Positions 35,409 to 45,830 of a stretch of 64,000 bases of DNA are shown here, piece after piece. Below the pieces are notes generated by a model that saw only the letters and a list, made by a program, of their open reading frames with translations, was not told the origin of the DNA and ran no database searches. Made by a program: the position numbers and the translations under genes. Each line of letters opens with the position of its first letter. Within the stretch, counting starts at the first letter, position 1. Source of the DNA: Candidatus Hermodarchaeota archaeon (GTDB lineage Archaea; Asgardarchaeota; Hermodarchaeia; Hermodarchaeales; Hermodarchaeaceae); assembly GCA_016839805.1 (NCBI GenBank), contig JAEOTO010000032.1, forward strand, positions 192,001-256,000, read 5' to 3'.

Positions 35409-36401
35409 TCACGTTTTCAGAAGTAATGCAGTTTTAGCAATTCCACTATTATAGGCCAACATTTCTTCCATTCGATCAAGAATTATCTGTGTAATGACTG
35501 AATCTTCCATAACATCAACGATGGTTTCGGTTTGTCGCTTCCATTGTCGTAGGAGGGGAATTTCATCAAGTACTTGGCGAACAGTTTCTTGGTTGCGTTG
35601 AAGAAAGGCGGAAATTGCCTTTTTAAAATTATCACAAACCTTTGCTAAAGCTGCAACAGCAATTTTGGCTTGATCGTCCGGTGGTTGGCGACGGGTTAAC
35701 GCCTCAGCAATATGCTGAGTATTCTCGTGAATGTTACTTAATTGAAGTACAAAATATGCAGTATCAAAAACATCCGCGGTTTCTAATTTCAAGCCTGGCG
35801 GGCGAATGCTCATAGCTTTTCTTAATGCACGTTGAGCTCGAAGATAATTCCCGCGTTGGCGCCAACTGTCCTCGATTAATTCATTTGCCATCTGTTCCGT
35901 TAAATCGGGACCGGCTCGTAACCCAGAGATGAGTTTTTCAATTAATTCAATTGTGGTTCGGCTACTCATCTTAACAAATTCCATGATGTCGTGTCCGCGA
36001 ATGGCACTTACTCCTTTGATAACGATTCTCCTGTCGGTGGTTTCTAATATTTCGTATCCAGGAAGCTGATTTACAATCTTATTCAAAATCTTTCGAACGG
36101 GTTCGTTCAATCGGCGGCTACTCTCGATAGTTAGTTGATCATAGCCTACGATGTAATATGTTTCTAGAATTGTTGTAAGCGTGGTTTCGTCCTGTTCTAG
36201 GAGACGGATTGTGGCCATTTTTTCAGAAGGTGTTTCAGAAATTTGTAAGGGAGTGATTCGTAGAGATCCTTCAGTTGCTTCTTGAATGCGAAGTTGTGAG
36301 TCAGGTTCAATGGCATATTTCTTAATCCAGCGACGAGGTAAGCTCACTACCAGGGTTTTACTTCTCCCCCATTGGATAGCTTTTCGGGTTTCATCGATCA
36401 T
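35409..36401 (-). CDS. Divergent AbrB-PhoU regulator
   Basis: TRKAIQWGRSKTLVVSLPRRW (AbrB), YIVGYD, PhoU-like helical repeats. Confidence 0.8.
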   Translation of the reverse strand: MIDETRKAIQWGRSKTLVVSLPRRWIKKYAIEPDSQLRIQEATEGSLRITPLQISETPSEKMATIRLLEQDETTLTTILETYYIVGYDQLTIESSRRLNEPVRKILNKIVNQLPGYEILETTDRRIVIKGVSAIRGHDIMEFVKMSSRTTIELIEKLISGLRAGPDLTEQMANELIEDSWRQRGNYLRAQRALRKAMSIRPPGLKLETADVFDTAYFVLQLSNIHENTQHIAEALTRRQPPDDQAKIAVAALAKVCDNFKKAISAFLQRNQETVRQVLDEIPLLRQWKRQTETIVDVMEDSVITQIILDRMEEMLAYNSGIAKTALLLKT

Positions 36402-36469
36402 TGGAATACGCCTTTTCCCTGACGGGGAGGCTAGTTATCAAGTATATTGACCTGATATTGATTATGTAA

Positions 36470-39400
36470 CTAATTCGCTTCAATGGAAATAAATTCGTTG
36501 TTAATCTCACTTTCGAGGTCTTGGAAGTATTTCAGCATTACATCAAGATTCTCATGAGGTTGAACTTTCATACGTGCAATTTTTCCTACTACGGGGAGTG
36601 CTATAATCCGACGGAGTGCAGTTCCCTCATCAATTGCTTGCCGCATACGGTTCCAGAATTCCATGATAATCTTTAGCATCCAATAGCTTTTGGTCTCAGG
36701 GCAATAGGTATCAATGGGATGGAGTGCTGATTGCATTAGGTAGTCTTCCTTAACCATACGTGCTGCCTCTAAAATCGCACGTTCACGTTCAGGTAAAGCA
36801 TCTGGACCGACTAGTTGGACGATTTCACGGAGTTCTTTGTCATGTTGAAGAATTGATAGCGCTTCTTCAGTAATTTCGGGCCAATCATTTCCCATCTTGC
36901 CTTGGTACCATGTTGCTAATTCGTCTTTGTATAATGAATAGCTTTGTAGATAGTTAATAGCTGGGAAGAATCGCCTTGAAGCCATATCCTTATCAAGTGC
37001 CCAAAAGACCTTCGTTATCCTTAATGTTGACTGAGTAACTGGTTCAGAAAAGTCGCCACCTGCTGGTGAGACGGCTCCTGTGACTGTTACACTCCCTATT
37101 CGCGTTTCTGAGCCAAGTGTTTCCACACGGCCTGCGCGTTCATAGAATTCAGCTAATCGGCTTCCAAGATACGCTGGGTATCCCTCTTCACCTGGCATTT
37201 CCTCTAATCGACCAGAGATTTCACGTAGTGCTTCAGCCCAGCGGGACGTGCTATCCGCCATCAGAGCAACGTCATATCCTTGGTCTCTGAAATACTCTGC
37301 TATGGTAATTCCAGTGTATATTGAAGCTTCTCTAGCCGCAACTGGCATATTACTTGTATTAGCAACAAGAATTGTTCTTTCCATTAGCGATTTTCCACTT
37401 TTGGGGTCCTTAAGCTTAGGAAAGTCCTCAAGGACTTCTGTCATTTCATTTCCTCTCTCTCCACAGCCAACATAGACAATGATATCAGCATCAGCCCATT
37501 TCGCTAATTGATGAAGAGTTACAGTATTATGAAGTGTAACGGGTAGAACACCACCAACGAAATTATGAGTTTTTTCCACCGTGATGTCATAAACTGGAAC
37601 GTTTGTTTCAGTAATTTCTATTTTCTTAATTCGGTCAAAGTAGACTTGCTCGAGGATGTTCAAAATACTTTGTAGTTGTTCTCTTGTTTCTTGAGAGACT
37701 TGGGTATTGTTCGCATCTATTATCTCAAAGATAAGTCGTAATGTGTCGTTAGATGGTGTTTCGTCTAATCTTGTATAATTATCTAAGCGTAAACCACTCA
37801 TTTTTCTGAAAACATCGTGACCTTGAGGAGTTTTTCCTTCTGTTTTGAGAGAAAGTAATAGTTGTTGGTTAACAGGAACGACATCTAAGCCAACGAAGTG
37901 TGTAATTTCTTGTGATGCATATTCATATAACCGTTGAATTTTGATGTAGGGATATACTCCATTATCCTGCATGCATTTTGAAATACGTTCGGCAAATTTC
38001 CCATCAATTTCAATTACATACGAGTCATTCTTCTGTCTAGCCCGGTAAATCAGTCCAAGTCGTGTTAAGAGGTACCCTAAATCGCTATGAAGTTGATGGC
38101 TTGCCGTACTTAGTTGAAGGGAATATTTCGAGAAATGTCCATCACCAGCAATATATCCAGTAAGAAAGTGAATGAAGTAATCTTCTGGTGCAATTCGAAT
38201 ACATGAAGGAACACGAACGGTGTGGGATTTATCATCTCTTGGAAGATCAAGGGAGATTAGGAATTTCTTGAGGCTGGTATTTCGAAGATAGGCATATGGA
38301 GTTCTATCAGATGAATCTTGATCGATTTTTGGTTCTAGACCAAACACAATTAAGGATAATTCTTTGAAACGATACAAAATTTTTGGAGAAGAATTGTATA
38401 AGTAAATCCCTTGATATTTTCCTTTGAAATGTCCATCAGCCACAAATAATCCAAGCCATTCTGAAAGTTCCTTAGTAAGCTTGGTTGGAATGCGAAAGGG
38501 TTCTGACCCTCTTTCTGCTTTAACGAGAGCAACAGGTATTCGAGGTTTACCTACGAATTTCACTAATTTATCAAGAAATCTGAGCGTGGGTTTATTTTTT
38601 CCACTCTTATAACCAATGAGGACATCATAAGAAACTTCTAATTTCTTTGACAGAACTTTTAGTGTCATCTGTTTTTGGAGACTCTGAATCAACTCTTGCA
38701 TCATTTGAATAGCTTGTGGGTCGACTACACGCAAAGAGAGATCTATTTCATAAGAGTCAAATTGGGGGATTTGACCGGGTATGTTTAGTTTTCTTGGTAC
38801 GACGAGGTGATCACCTACATTTAATTGCTGAGCTTCAACTTCTTCGATTATTTCACCATTAAATCGGAAGAGCTTGTGAACTGGTGTAACCTCTACAGTT
38901 CGTCCAGAACGAGTAGTAATCTTCACAATCGCAGGAGTTGTTCCTCTGTATATGTGAGTTGCTTTAGCGGGAATGTATCTTGCTCCATCAAATGATAGGA
39001 TTCGAAGAGGAGTTTTCAGACTAATAAGTGTCTCATCTTCTGAATCTTGTTCAATAAATTCCCCTTGTTGTAAGAATTTCTTGTATAAGACTTGAATTGG
39101 TGTGGTGTCGCCATTCGAAAGTAAAACAGGAGTATCACCTGTCACACATTTTCCGGTGCCAAACCCTCCAGGAATGGCTCCAGTTCCACCTTTTGCAACT
39201 GGGAAGAAGGTATCAATGACACGTTGGCCTGTGTATAAGGGTACTTCGGTGCTAATTTTTGTTTTATAGGGTCGACCAATACGTACGGGCCATCGTTGGG
39301 TTAGTTTAATGTCACTTTTACCCGAAGGGGTTTGAATCTGTGCGATGACGTCCTTGATAGTGTAATCACCGCCATTGACTATCTGCGTTACTTTGCCCTC

Positions 39401-39868
39401 AATCCCAGGCGGTACAAGGATGCGGTGAAGAAATACGCTCGTTTCTTGTACCGTTCCTATTACATCACCAGCCGCGACTGTTGCACCCTTTGTGACAATG
39501 GGCTTAAATGTCCATGGTTTATCCTCTGGGAGCGGTGGTGCAGTAACTCCTCGTGTAATGAAGTCTCCGATCTGGTTTTTGATACTGGGGAGTGGTCGTT
39601 GAATTCCATCAAAAATAGAGCCAACTAAGCCTGGACCAAGTTCAACGTCAAGAGAAGTTCCAGTAGCAACAACCGGTTCTCCCGGTTTTAATCCAGATGT
39701 TTCTTCATAAACTTGAATATAGGCTCGATCACCTACAACTCGATTGACTTCACCAATTAATTCCTCTGTCCCAACTTTACAGACCTCAAACATAGTAACT
39801 CCAAAAAGTCCATCAGCTTCGATGAGTGGACCCGCAATTCGTTGTATATTTCCTGTTCGTGTAGACAT
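36470..39868 (-). CDS. atpA: A/V-type ATP synthase subunit A with intein
   Basis: [15 protein letters not shown]|[22 protein letters not shown]. Confidence 0.97.
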   Translation of the reverse strand: MSTRTGNIQRIAGPLIEADGLFGVTMFEVCKVGTEELIGEVNRVVGDRAYIQVYEETSGLKPGEPVVATGTSLDVELGPGLVGSIFDGIQRPLPSIKNQIGDFITRGVTAPPLPEDKPWTFKPIVTKGATVAAGDVIGTVQETSVFLHRILVPPGIEGKVTQIVNGGDYTIKDVIAQIQTPSGKSDIKLTQRWPVRIGRPYKTKISTEVPLYTGQRVIDTFFPVAKGGTGAIPGGFGTGKCVTGDTPVLLSNGDTTPIQVLYKKFLQQGEFIEQDSEDETLISLKTPLRILSFDGARYIPAKATHIYRGTTPAIVKITTRSGRTVEVTPVHKLFRFNGEIIEEVEAQQLNVGDHLVVPRKLNIPGQIPQFDSYEIDLSLRVVDPQAIQMMQELIQSLQKQMTLKVLSKKLEVSYDVLIGYKSGKNKPTLRFLDKLVKFVGKPRIPVALVKAERGSEPFRIPTKLTKELSEWLGLFVADGHFKGKYQGIYLYNSSPKILYRFKELSLIVFGLEPKIDQDSSDRTPYAYLRNTSLKKFLISLDLPRDDKSHTVRVPSCIRIAPEDYFIHFLTGYIAGDGHFSKYSLQLSTASHQLHSDLGYLLTRLGLIYRARQKNDSYVIEIDGKFAERISKCMQDNGVYPYIKIQRLYEYASQEITHFVGLDVVPVNQQLLLSLKTEGKTPQGHDVFRKMSGLRLDNYTRLDETPSNDTLRLIFEIIDANNTQVSQETREQLQSILNILEQVYFDRIKKIEITETNVPVYDITVEKTHNFVGGVLPVTLHNTVTLHQLAKWADADIIVYVGCGERGNEMTEVLEDFPKLKDPKSGKSLMERTILVANTSNMPVAAREASIYTGITIAEYFRDQGYDVALMADSTSRWAEALREISGRLEEMPGEEGYPAYLGSRLAEFYERAGRVETLGSETRIGSVTVTGAVSPAGGDFSEPVTQSTLRITKVFWALDKDMASRRFFPAINYLQSYSLYKDELATWYQGKMGNDWPEITEEALSILQHDKELREIVQLVGPDALPERERAILEAARMVKEDYLMQSALHPIDTYCPETKSYWMLKIIMEFWNRMRQAIDEGTALRRIIALPVVGKIARMKVQPHENLDVMLKYFQDLESEINNEFISIEAN
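37526..39148 (-). mobile_element. LAGLIDADG intein (541 aa) in the AtpA P-loop
   Basis: GK|CVTGDT...TPVHK...LGLFVADG...GYIAGDG...VYDITV...LHN|T. Confidence 0.95.
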
Positions 39869-39955
39869 AATCAACCGCCTTTTTTGAAACTCTGCTAACA
39901 AGTGTCACTATCAGCTATACTCAATTGACAAAAAGTTTATGGTAATTATCCAGTT

Positions 39956-40279
39956 TCAAAATCCTTCTAGTTCTACTCCAATTGCACGTTTGACTAGGCG
40001 TCGAAGTGGGCTTTCTTTCTTTGCAAGGCGACCACTTTTTTCAGGAATTTCCACAATTACTGGATATGGACGCTGAGAAATCTCCTCAATATTCTCTCGG
40101 ATATCTTCTGCCAACGGTTCAGTGATGATTATTATCGAAACATCAGAATCACGCGAAAAATCGAGTAAAGCTCTCCGAGTTGATGCAGGATCAGTTGGAA
40201 TATCTGATTTGAGAATACCTGCTAACCTAAATCCCACAACAGTATCGATGTCACCAATTATGGCAATTTTATCAGTCAT
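39956..40279 (-). CDS. atpF: A/V-type ATP synthase subunit F
   Basis: IAIIGDIDTVVGFRLAG...VEIP...RAIG; ATG at 40279. Confidence 0.95.
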   Translation of the reverse strand: MTDKIAIIGDIDTVVGFRLAGILKSDIPTDPASTRRALLDFSRDSDVSIIIITEPLAEDIRENIEEISQRPYPVIVEIPEKSGRLAKKESPLRRLVKRAIGVELEGF

Positions 40280-41069
40280 TTTGATTCGTCTCTTTTTTTT
40301 CGTTGAGAGGAGATTTTTGCAGAGTGTGCAATCGACGTAACATCGCTTCAATTGATTCCATTCGAGATATCGCCAAGGGAACCCGTTCTCTGTTTGCGAG
40401 CTCGATTGCAAGATAATCGATTTGTTCTACACCATGTAATACAAAAAGACTTGGTTTTATTTCCCCCTTCACTGCAACTAGGGGCGATCTACCTGTTGAT
40501 ACATGGACAAGAATAAGAGCTCGGTCAGTCGTTGCTTCAAAAAGTTTGAGAAATCCAACGCTAGACAATACGTCAAGTGCTTTTGTAGTGTTTACCACCA
40601 AGTATCCGAGAATTTCTCGGTCGAGAAGCTCTTCACCAGCCACAACCTGACCCCGGATACATTCAATGAAATCTTGTACTTTTACACTTTGGCTGAACTC
40701 TCTAATATCAATAATAATGTTCGTGGGTATCTCAACTCCCATTAAACGTTGAAAGGCATTGACTATTTGCCCTCCATTTTGTTCATCTAACATAATGATG
40801 GCTTCTACAAAGCGTTTAATGGTTTTAGCACCCGGCGATTGGCGACGCCCGCTCTCATAATCACTGATAACCGAAGGAGACACACTTCGTTCTCGCCCCT
40901 CCGAATCTGTATAGACTAGTGACTCAGCCAATTGAATTTGTGGAATGTGAAACATTTCACGCCATTTACGCATAACACGACCTGGGTTTTCCGATAATGA
41001 AATCTCGCCTGCAATACGTCGAGCAAGACGCTGTCTAATTTGTGCCGCCACAGGCATAGCTACACGCAC
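40272..41069 (-). CDS. Conserved archaeal XRE-HTH regulator (COG1709-like)
   Basis: IAGEISLSENPG...RKWRE...SPSVISDYESGRRQSPG...STGRSP. Confidence 0.88.
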   Translation of the reverse strand: MRVAMPVAAQIRQRLARRIAGEISLSENPGRVMRKWREMFHIPQIQLAESLVYTDSEGRERSVSPSVISDYESGRRQSPGAKTIKRFVEAIIMLDEQNGGQIVNAFQRLMGVEIPTNIIIDIREFSQSVKVQDFIECIRGQVVAGEELLDREILGYLVVNTTKALDVLSSVGFLKLFEATTDRALILVHVSTGRSPLVAVKGEIKPSLFVLHGVEQIDYLAIELANRERVPLAISRMESIEAMLRRLHTLQKSPLNEKKETNQND

Positions 41070-41175
41070 TCAACCATACTTTAAGTGCTTTACGCAATTT
41101 AACGAAATATACTAGATTTCTAACAAAATTGACGAATTTTTATGAGAAAAAAAACGCTTTCAGGTAGAGGAAAAA

Positions 41176-41376
41176 TGGTGGGCCGACGGGGATTTTCCCA
41201 AGATGGCAATTACCATCTAGCTTTGAACCCCGGATCTCACGGATTGTCGCTATGGGTTTGGACTGACCGCATAGTCCCGAACCGCGAATCTTCGGCGGTT
41301 AGAAGGAACTGGTCCTTTCACTTATACCATGCTAGTCCGAAAAAGTGAATTTTTCGGTTATCTAGACCATCGACCC
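41176..41376 (-). tRNA. tRNA-Pro(CGG) with four introns
   Basis: Removing 41330-41359, 41291-41323, 41244-41275 and 41193-41221 gives a 77-nt canonical cloverleaf with CGG, G37 and CCA. Confidence 0.85.
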
Positions 41377-41404
41377 ATTGCTGCAGTCTACCGTCAAATA
41401 CTGA

Positions 41405-42244
41405 TTAAAATTTTTCTTCCTTGGTTTTTCTCCTCGATTGAAGGTCTTCGAGTCTTCCCAATGGCGTGTGATCAAGCAGAAAGATTTCCGAATTATTCAT
41501 TGAAAGGTGTCGAAACAAGGGGATTCCCAGATGATTTTCTGTTACCTCACTATTAAGGACGTGACCTCTAAGCAGATCAAGGAAAGCTGGTAAAATTAGT
41601 ACCCTCATATTAAGCAACTGATCAACGTTTGCCCTCCTTGAGTCAATAGTTGCTTTTCCCAACCATTTTTTCATTGCATCAATTATAGTTGGTTTCCATT
41701 TTGCCTTAACCCAAACCCGGTGAGTAGTAATCCGGTTTTTTAGAGATGAAATGGCAATAACTGGATGAATATGGGCCATTAGAAGACTACTACAATCGAG
41801 GATGTCTTGTGTGGGTTGGGCATGACCGTGAATAAGAAATACTTGCTGGGAATCAAAGCTGAGTTTGAAACCGGAGGCTGGGATAATCTGGGTGTCATCG
41901 GGAACGACCAATTCTATGTCGGCATCATGATTTCCCCGCACAATGGTTAATGATGCCTTTTGTTTAATTTGGTTTAACAATACAGCAACCTTATGGAACT
42001 CTTGCGGTGAAAAATCACGAATTGAGTGTTTTAAATCGCCTAAAATAATCACTTCACTAGGCTTGACATTGGCAACCAATTGTTCAAAACGTTGAATAAT
42101 CCGTTCTGCAAGGTTTATTGAATATTGATCTTTCTTAAAGAGAGTGCGCTCGTAACCGATGTGTAAATCTGCGACGACAAGGATACGACGCGATTTTTCT
42201 TGAAGTAATAGTGCGGGTTCGTTTTTTATTAGTTTCAAATGCAT
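41405..42244 (-). CDS. Metallophosphoesterase (COG1407-like, Lhr-associated)
   Basis: ADLHIG, LGDLKH, RGNHD, HGH, AHIHP, LPAF. Confidence 0.9.
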   Translation of the reverse strand: MHLKLIKNEPALLLQEKSRRILVVADLHIGYERTLFKKDQYSINLAERIIQRFEQLVANVKPSEVIILGDLKHSIRDFSPQEFHKVAVLLNQIKQKASLTIVRGNHDADIELVVPDDTQIIPASGFKLSFDSQQVFLIHGHAQPTQDILDCSSLLMAHIHPVIAISSLKNRITTHRVWVKAKWKPTIIDAMKKWLGKATIDSRRANVDQLLNMRVLILPAFLDLLRGHVLNSEVTENHLGIPLFRHLSMNNSEIFLLDHTPLGRLEDLQSRRKTKEEKF

Positions 42245-42307
42245 AATATCTCTAAAGTATTCACTTGATAGGTATTTTTTTCTTTGTGATATGAAACAGG
42301 TGTAGCA

Positions 42308-42742
42308 ATGAAAGACGAAATCAACGTTGTGATTCAAACAATTCGAAAAAAACAAGGCATTTCAGGCTCAGAACTTGTTGTACTTGCACAGTTTTTTGGA
42401 GATCGGTTTTGGAAGGCTCTTCAGGCCGTAGTTAATGATTTAGTGAAAAAATACACCTTTGAACCAAGCGGAAGAGATGCATGGATTGTCGTTGGTAAGG
42501 CACGGGACTACCGCGTTTTATCTGAGGTTTATTGTGATTGCGACGATTTTTACATCAACGTAATTGTGAAACGCAGCGCTGATCTTTGTTACCATATTCT
42601 AGCAAAAATCCTCGCCGAGGCCCTTGGGGTGTTTTCTGAAATTTGTGTGGATGATATGATGTATGATACGCTCCGCGATGAATGGGAGGCAATTCCTGAA
42701 CCTCAATCAACTAGAAAAGGCAAGAAGCGGAGCATTGAGTAA
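42308..42742 (+). CDS. SWIM zinc-finger protein (Sws1/ZSWIM7-like)
   Basis: WIVVG...YCDCDDFY...CYHILA. Confidence 0.8.
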   Translation: MKDEINVVIQTIRKKQGISGSELVVLAQFFGDRFWKALQAVVNDLVKKYTFEPSGRDAWIVVGKARDYRVLSEVYCDCDDFYINVIVKRSADLCYHILAKILAEALGVFSEICVDDMMYDTLRDEWEAIPEPQSTRKGKKRSIE

Positions 42743-42785
42743 AAGTTTTAAACCTGCTAAGGGATTTGGCAGAACGGTTCTCCCC

Positions 42786-42893
42786 ATGAATCTAATATAC
42801 CAGATTTACTATCTTGTGGCTCTCGGATTAGCAATTATTAGTGGATTTCTTATCTTAGCGTATCATCTCCTTAGTGGTCGCGAGGAACGATAA
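42786..42893 (+). CDS. 35-aa single-TM mini-protein, OST4-like
   Basis: MNLIYQIYYLVALGLAIISGFLILAYHLLSGREER; LIxxYH at the TM end; TTTTAAA box about 35 nt upstream. Confidence 0.6.
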   Translation: MNLIYQIYYLVALGLAIISGFLILAYHLLSGREER

Positions 42894-42911
42894 TTCAGTG
42901 ATATCATTCTT

Positions 42912-45728
42912 CTATTGGGATTTTGGTTCAGCCCACCATTCGCGGGTTCGGATAAACTGCTTTTCATTTTCTAATATGAGACGGAAAAACTCACTCTCTG
43001 AACGATCATGACTCCCAGCCAAAACTCGTTTAACAACCGTCGGTCCAATACCTCGACCTGCCATCGCAATTAACGCAGGTTTCCCATAAGCCAACACTAC
43101 GTTAGCATTCTCGCGACCTTTGCGGAGTGTTTTTCGTTCTTCTGGCGATAATTTTTCACCTGCCCTGTGACGACGAATTGCACGTTCTAAAAGATCATCA
43201 GTTGGAAACACTCCTGCAACTAACCTTGACTCACATTTCCTACATTGGGGATGTTCTCCTAGGTGTTTTATAGTACGTACACTTGCCCATTGACCACAAT
43301 GTAAACAGACCAGTTTGACTTTTCGATTAATCAAACGCTTTTTAGTTTGCTCAAGGATATAGGCCTCAGGAACTTCGGGCTCGAGAAACTCCCCAAAACG
43401 TGCAAGAATCTGACGAGCAAAGGGAGATGGTCGTTTCCGGAATAATCGTTGCAAAACAACTTCGCCGTTCTGGATTGCCTTCAGGAGATCCTGGGTTTCT
43501 TTCAGAGACAGCTTATCTATGTAAAATTCACGAAGCGCCTCTTCAATGATTGGAGTTCCAGTAAAATATTGTATCATTCTCAGTAATTGAGTACTTCGAA
43601 GATTAGCCTCTCGGGAAATGACTCCAAATCTTAATGCGATGTGTACAAACCGTCTAGCAAAGTATGGAGACCGTAATAAAATGAGCTCCAACAAATCATC
43701 CATATGGGTAGGTTCAAGCGATTGGAGGCCCTCACAAATAGCTTCACCAACTTCATATCCTCCTCCACGTTCAAACCGGAAAAGAATACGGTACTGGTCA
43801 GCATGAAAAACGACTTCGACGCCTAATTGTGAAGTTAGGAGACCGGCAAGGACTCGTCCAAGAGTTTGATTAATGCGTGTACCGTAGCAAGAATGAATTA
43901 CTACAAGTTCATGCCCAATCTCGATGTAGATTCTTTGGTTATCTGGGATAAAATCCTCTTCAAGTTGTTTTGTGATAGTTTTTATTAAAACTTCACGTGC
44001 TTGAACATCATAATCGATCTTAAAATCGATGGATTTCGGGTGATCTAGATTGTCAGCGATGGTATTCCAAAGATCTGCAACTCCTTTGGCCACGTTTTTC
44101 GATACTGGAATTAGTTCTCCACTCCATCGCGGAATTCGACCTTTTGTATGATTGATAGCTGTAACATAGACTTTCTCGTCATCTTGTTTGACAACCTCCC
44201 ATGGACGCCCGCGTAGAACCAGAATATTTCCTCTTTGTCCATATTCTTCGGCAAAACCGGAATCGAGTCGACCAATAGGTCTGCTAGTAGCCATGTTAAC
44301 AACACGATGAAACGGGATGTCTGGAATGACTGAGAGATTTTCGAAATAATATGCATAAGACTTACGTCTCGGTCTGAGTATGAACTCATCTCTTGCTAAT
44401 AACCCCTCTTTTTGAAGGAAATATATGACCTCTGTTATTGTATCTTGTTCAAGTTCGTTATAGGGCGTTGCTTGTTTTATAATCTCAATTGCGCGTTGGT
44501 ATGGGAGGGTTTTGTATTCAATAGCCAAACCAACCAGTTGGTGAGCAAGAATATCAAGGGCAAGATTATGGATAGGAGGTGTTTCAAGCCGACCTTTCAG
44601 GGCTTGTTGTGCAACCACTAGACTCTCACAAATATCATCAAACCGCGTAGTTAACATAACCCCCTTCGACTCTCGGTCTAACTGATGCCCAGACCGTCCA
44701 ACGCGTTGAAGTAATCTAATAACTTGACGGGGGGATCCAAATTGAATTACCAAATCAACAGTGCCAATATCGAGACCTAATTCCAAGGATGAAGTACAGA
44801 CTAAGTAGGGAATGATGCCCTCTTTAAAGTGGGTTTCGGCTTCAATACGGGCTTCGCGAGAGAGAGAACCGTGGTGAACTCCAAATTCATTCCCATGAAG
44901 TTTTGCCAATCTAAGGGCTAATGCTTCAGCTGTTTGTCTTTCATTACAAAATATAAGCGTGGACCTGTGTTCAGTAACAAGCTCCCATATCCGTTTCGCA
45001 GGTCCATCGAGTGGAGATTCATCCGAATCCCCATATGAAAAGGGAACATATTCAATGTGAAAACGAAAATCTTTGGGTGCAGGGGATTTAATAATTCTGA
45101 CCTGTTCTCCCCCACTCATAAAAGCTCTAATTTCGTCGGGGTTTCCGATAGTTGCAGACAGACCAACTCGTTGAAACGCTTTACCTGTTAATGCTCGGAG
45201 CCTTTCTAATGCTACCATTAGCTGAACTCCGCGTTTGCTGGTAGCTAGTTCGTGAATTTCGTCGATGATAACACACTGAATATGTTTCAAGTGCTCTCGA
45301 ATACGTTTTCCTGCTAAAAGGGCTTGAATTGTCTCAGGAGTTGTGATGAATAGTTGAGGAGGTTTAAGTGTTTGTCGTCGTCGTACTGAAGGTGAAGTGT
45401 CACCGTGACGGACTTCGACGCTAATCTGAAGTTGCTTTGCAATCAGAACTAATCTTCTCAAAATATCCCGATTTAAAGCACGTAATGGTGTAATCCAAAG
45501 AATTTGTACGCCTTTCTTGTTGTTAGGTTTTGTGAGAAGACGGTGGATTAGGGGGAGAAAAGCCGATTCGGTTTTTCCATGACCAGTCGGAGCAATGAGT
45601 AGGACGGATTCCCCGCGAAGTATGTGGGGAATACTACGTACCTGTATAGGTGTAGGGTTCTGAAATCCCAGTCTTATGATTTCCTTGTAAAGCTGAGGAT
45701 TCAACTTTTTAAATACGTCCTCGACCAC
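42912..45728 (-). CDS. lhr: Lhr-family SF2 helicase
   Basis: APTGHGKT, RHGDT, DEIH, GLSAT, TSSLELG, QRVGRSGH, C-terminal zinc finger. Confidence 0.93.
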   Translation of the reverse strand: MVEDVFKKLNPQLYKEIIRLGFQNPTPIQVRSIPHILRGESVLLIAPTGHGKTESAFLPLIHRLLTKPNNKKGVQILWITPLRALNRDILRRLVLIAKQLQISVEVRHGDTSPSVRRRQTLKPPQLFITTPETIQALLAGKRIREHLKHIQCVIIDEIHELATSKRGVQLMVALERLRALTGKAFQRVGLSATIGNPDEIRAFMSGGEQVRIIKSPAPKDFRFHIEYVPFSYGDSDESPLDGPAKRIWELVTEHRSTLIFCNERQTAEALALRLAKLHGNEFGVHHGSLSREARIEAETHFKEGIIPYLVCTSSLELGLDIGTVDLVIQFGSPRQVIRLLQRVGRSGHQLDRESKGVMLTTRFDDICESLVVAQQALKGRLETPPIHNLALDILAHQLVGLAIEYKTLPYQRAIEIIKQATPYNELEQDTITEVIYFLQKEGLLARDEFILRPRRKSYAYYFENLSVIPDIPFHRVVNMATSRPIGRLDSGFAEEYGQRGNILVLRGRPWEVVKQDDEKVYVTAINHTKGRIPRWSGELIPVSKNVAKGVADLWNTIADNLDHPKSIDFKIDYDVQAREVLIKTITKQLEEDFIPDNQRIYIEIGHELVVIHSCYGTRINQTLGRVLAGLLTSQLGVEVVFHADQYRILFRFERGGGYEVGEAICEGLQSLEPTHMDDLLELILLRSPYFARRFVHIALRFGVISREANLRSTQLLRMIQYFTGTPIIEEALREFYIDKLSLKETQDLLKAIQNGEVVLQRLFRKRPSPFARQILARFGEFLEPEVPEAYILEQTKKRLINRKVKLVCLHCGQWASVRTIKHLGEHPQCRKCESRLVAGVFPTDDLLERAIRRHRAGEKLSPEERKTLRKGRENANVVLAYGKPALIAMAGRGIGPTVVKRVLAGSHDRSESEFFRLILENEKQFIRTREWWAEPKSQ

Positions 45729-45830
45729 ATTTCGCGCCTCTGAGATAGCGAGTTCAAAGAGAGGTTTTTAAACATTGGTAGTAAAAACCAGTGGTATCGA
45801 ACAATCTATTATCGGAGGTTGTTTTCCCAC

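Noticed and set aside
40280-40411. N-terminal extension of atpF
   Set aside because: Overlaps the upstream HTH gene; the AtpF family sequence begins at MTDKIAIIG (40279)
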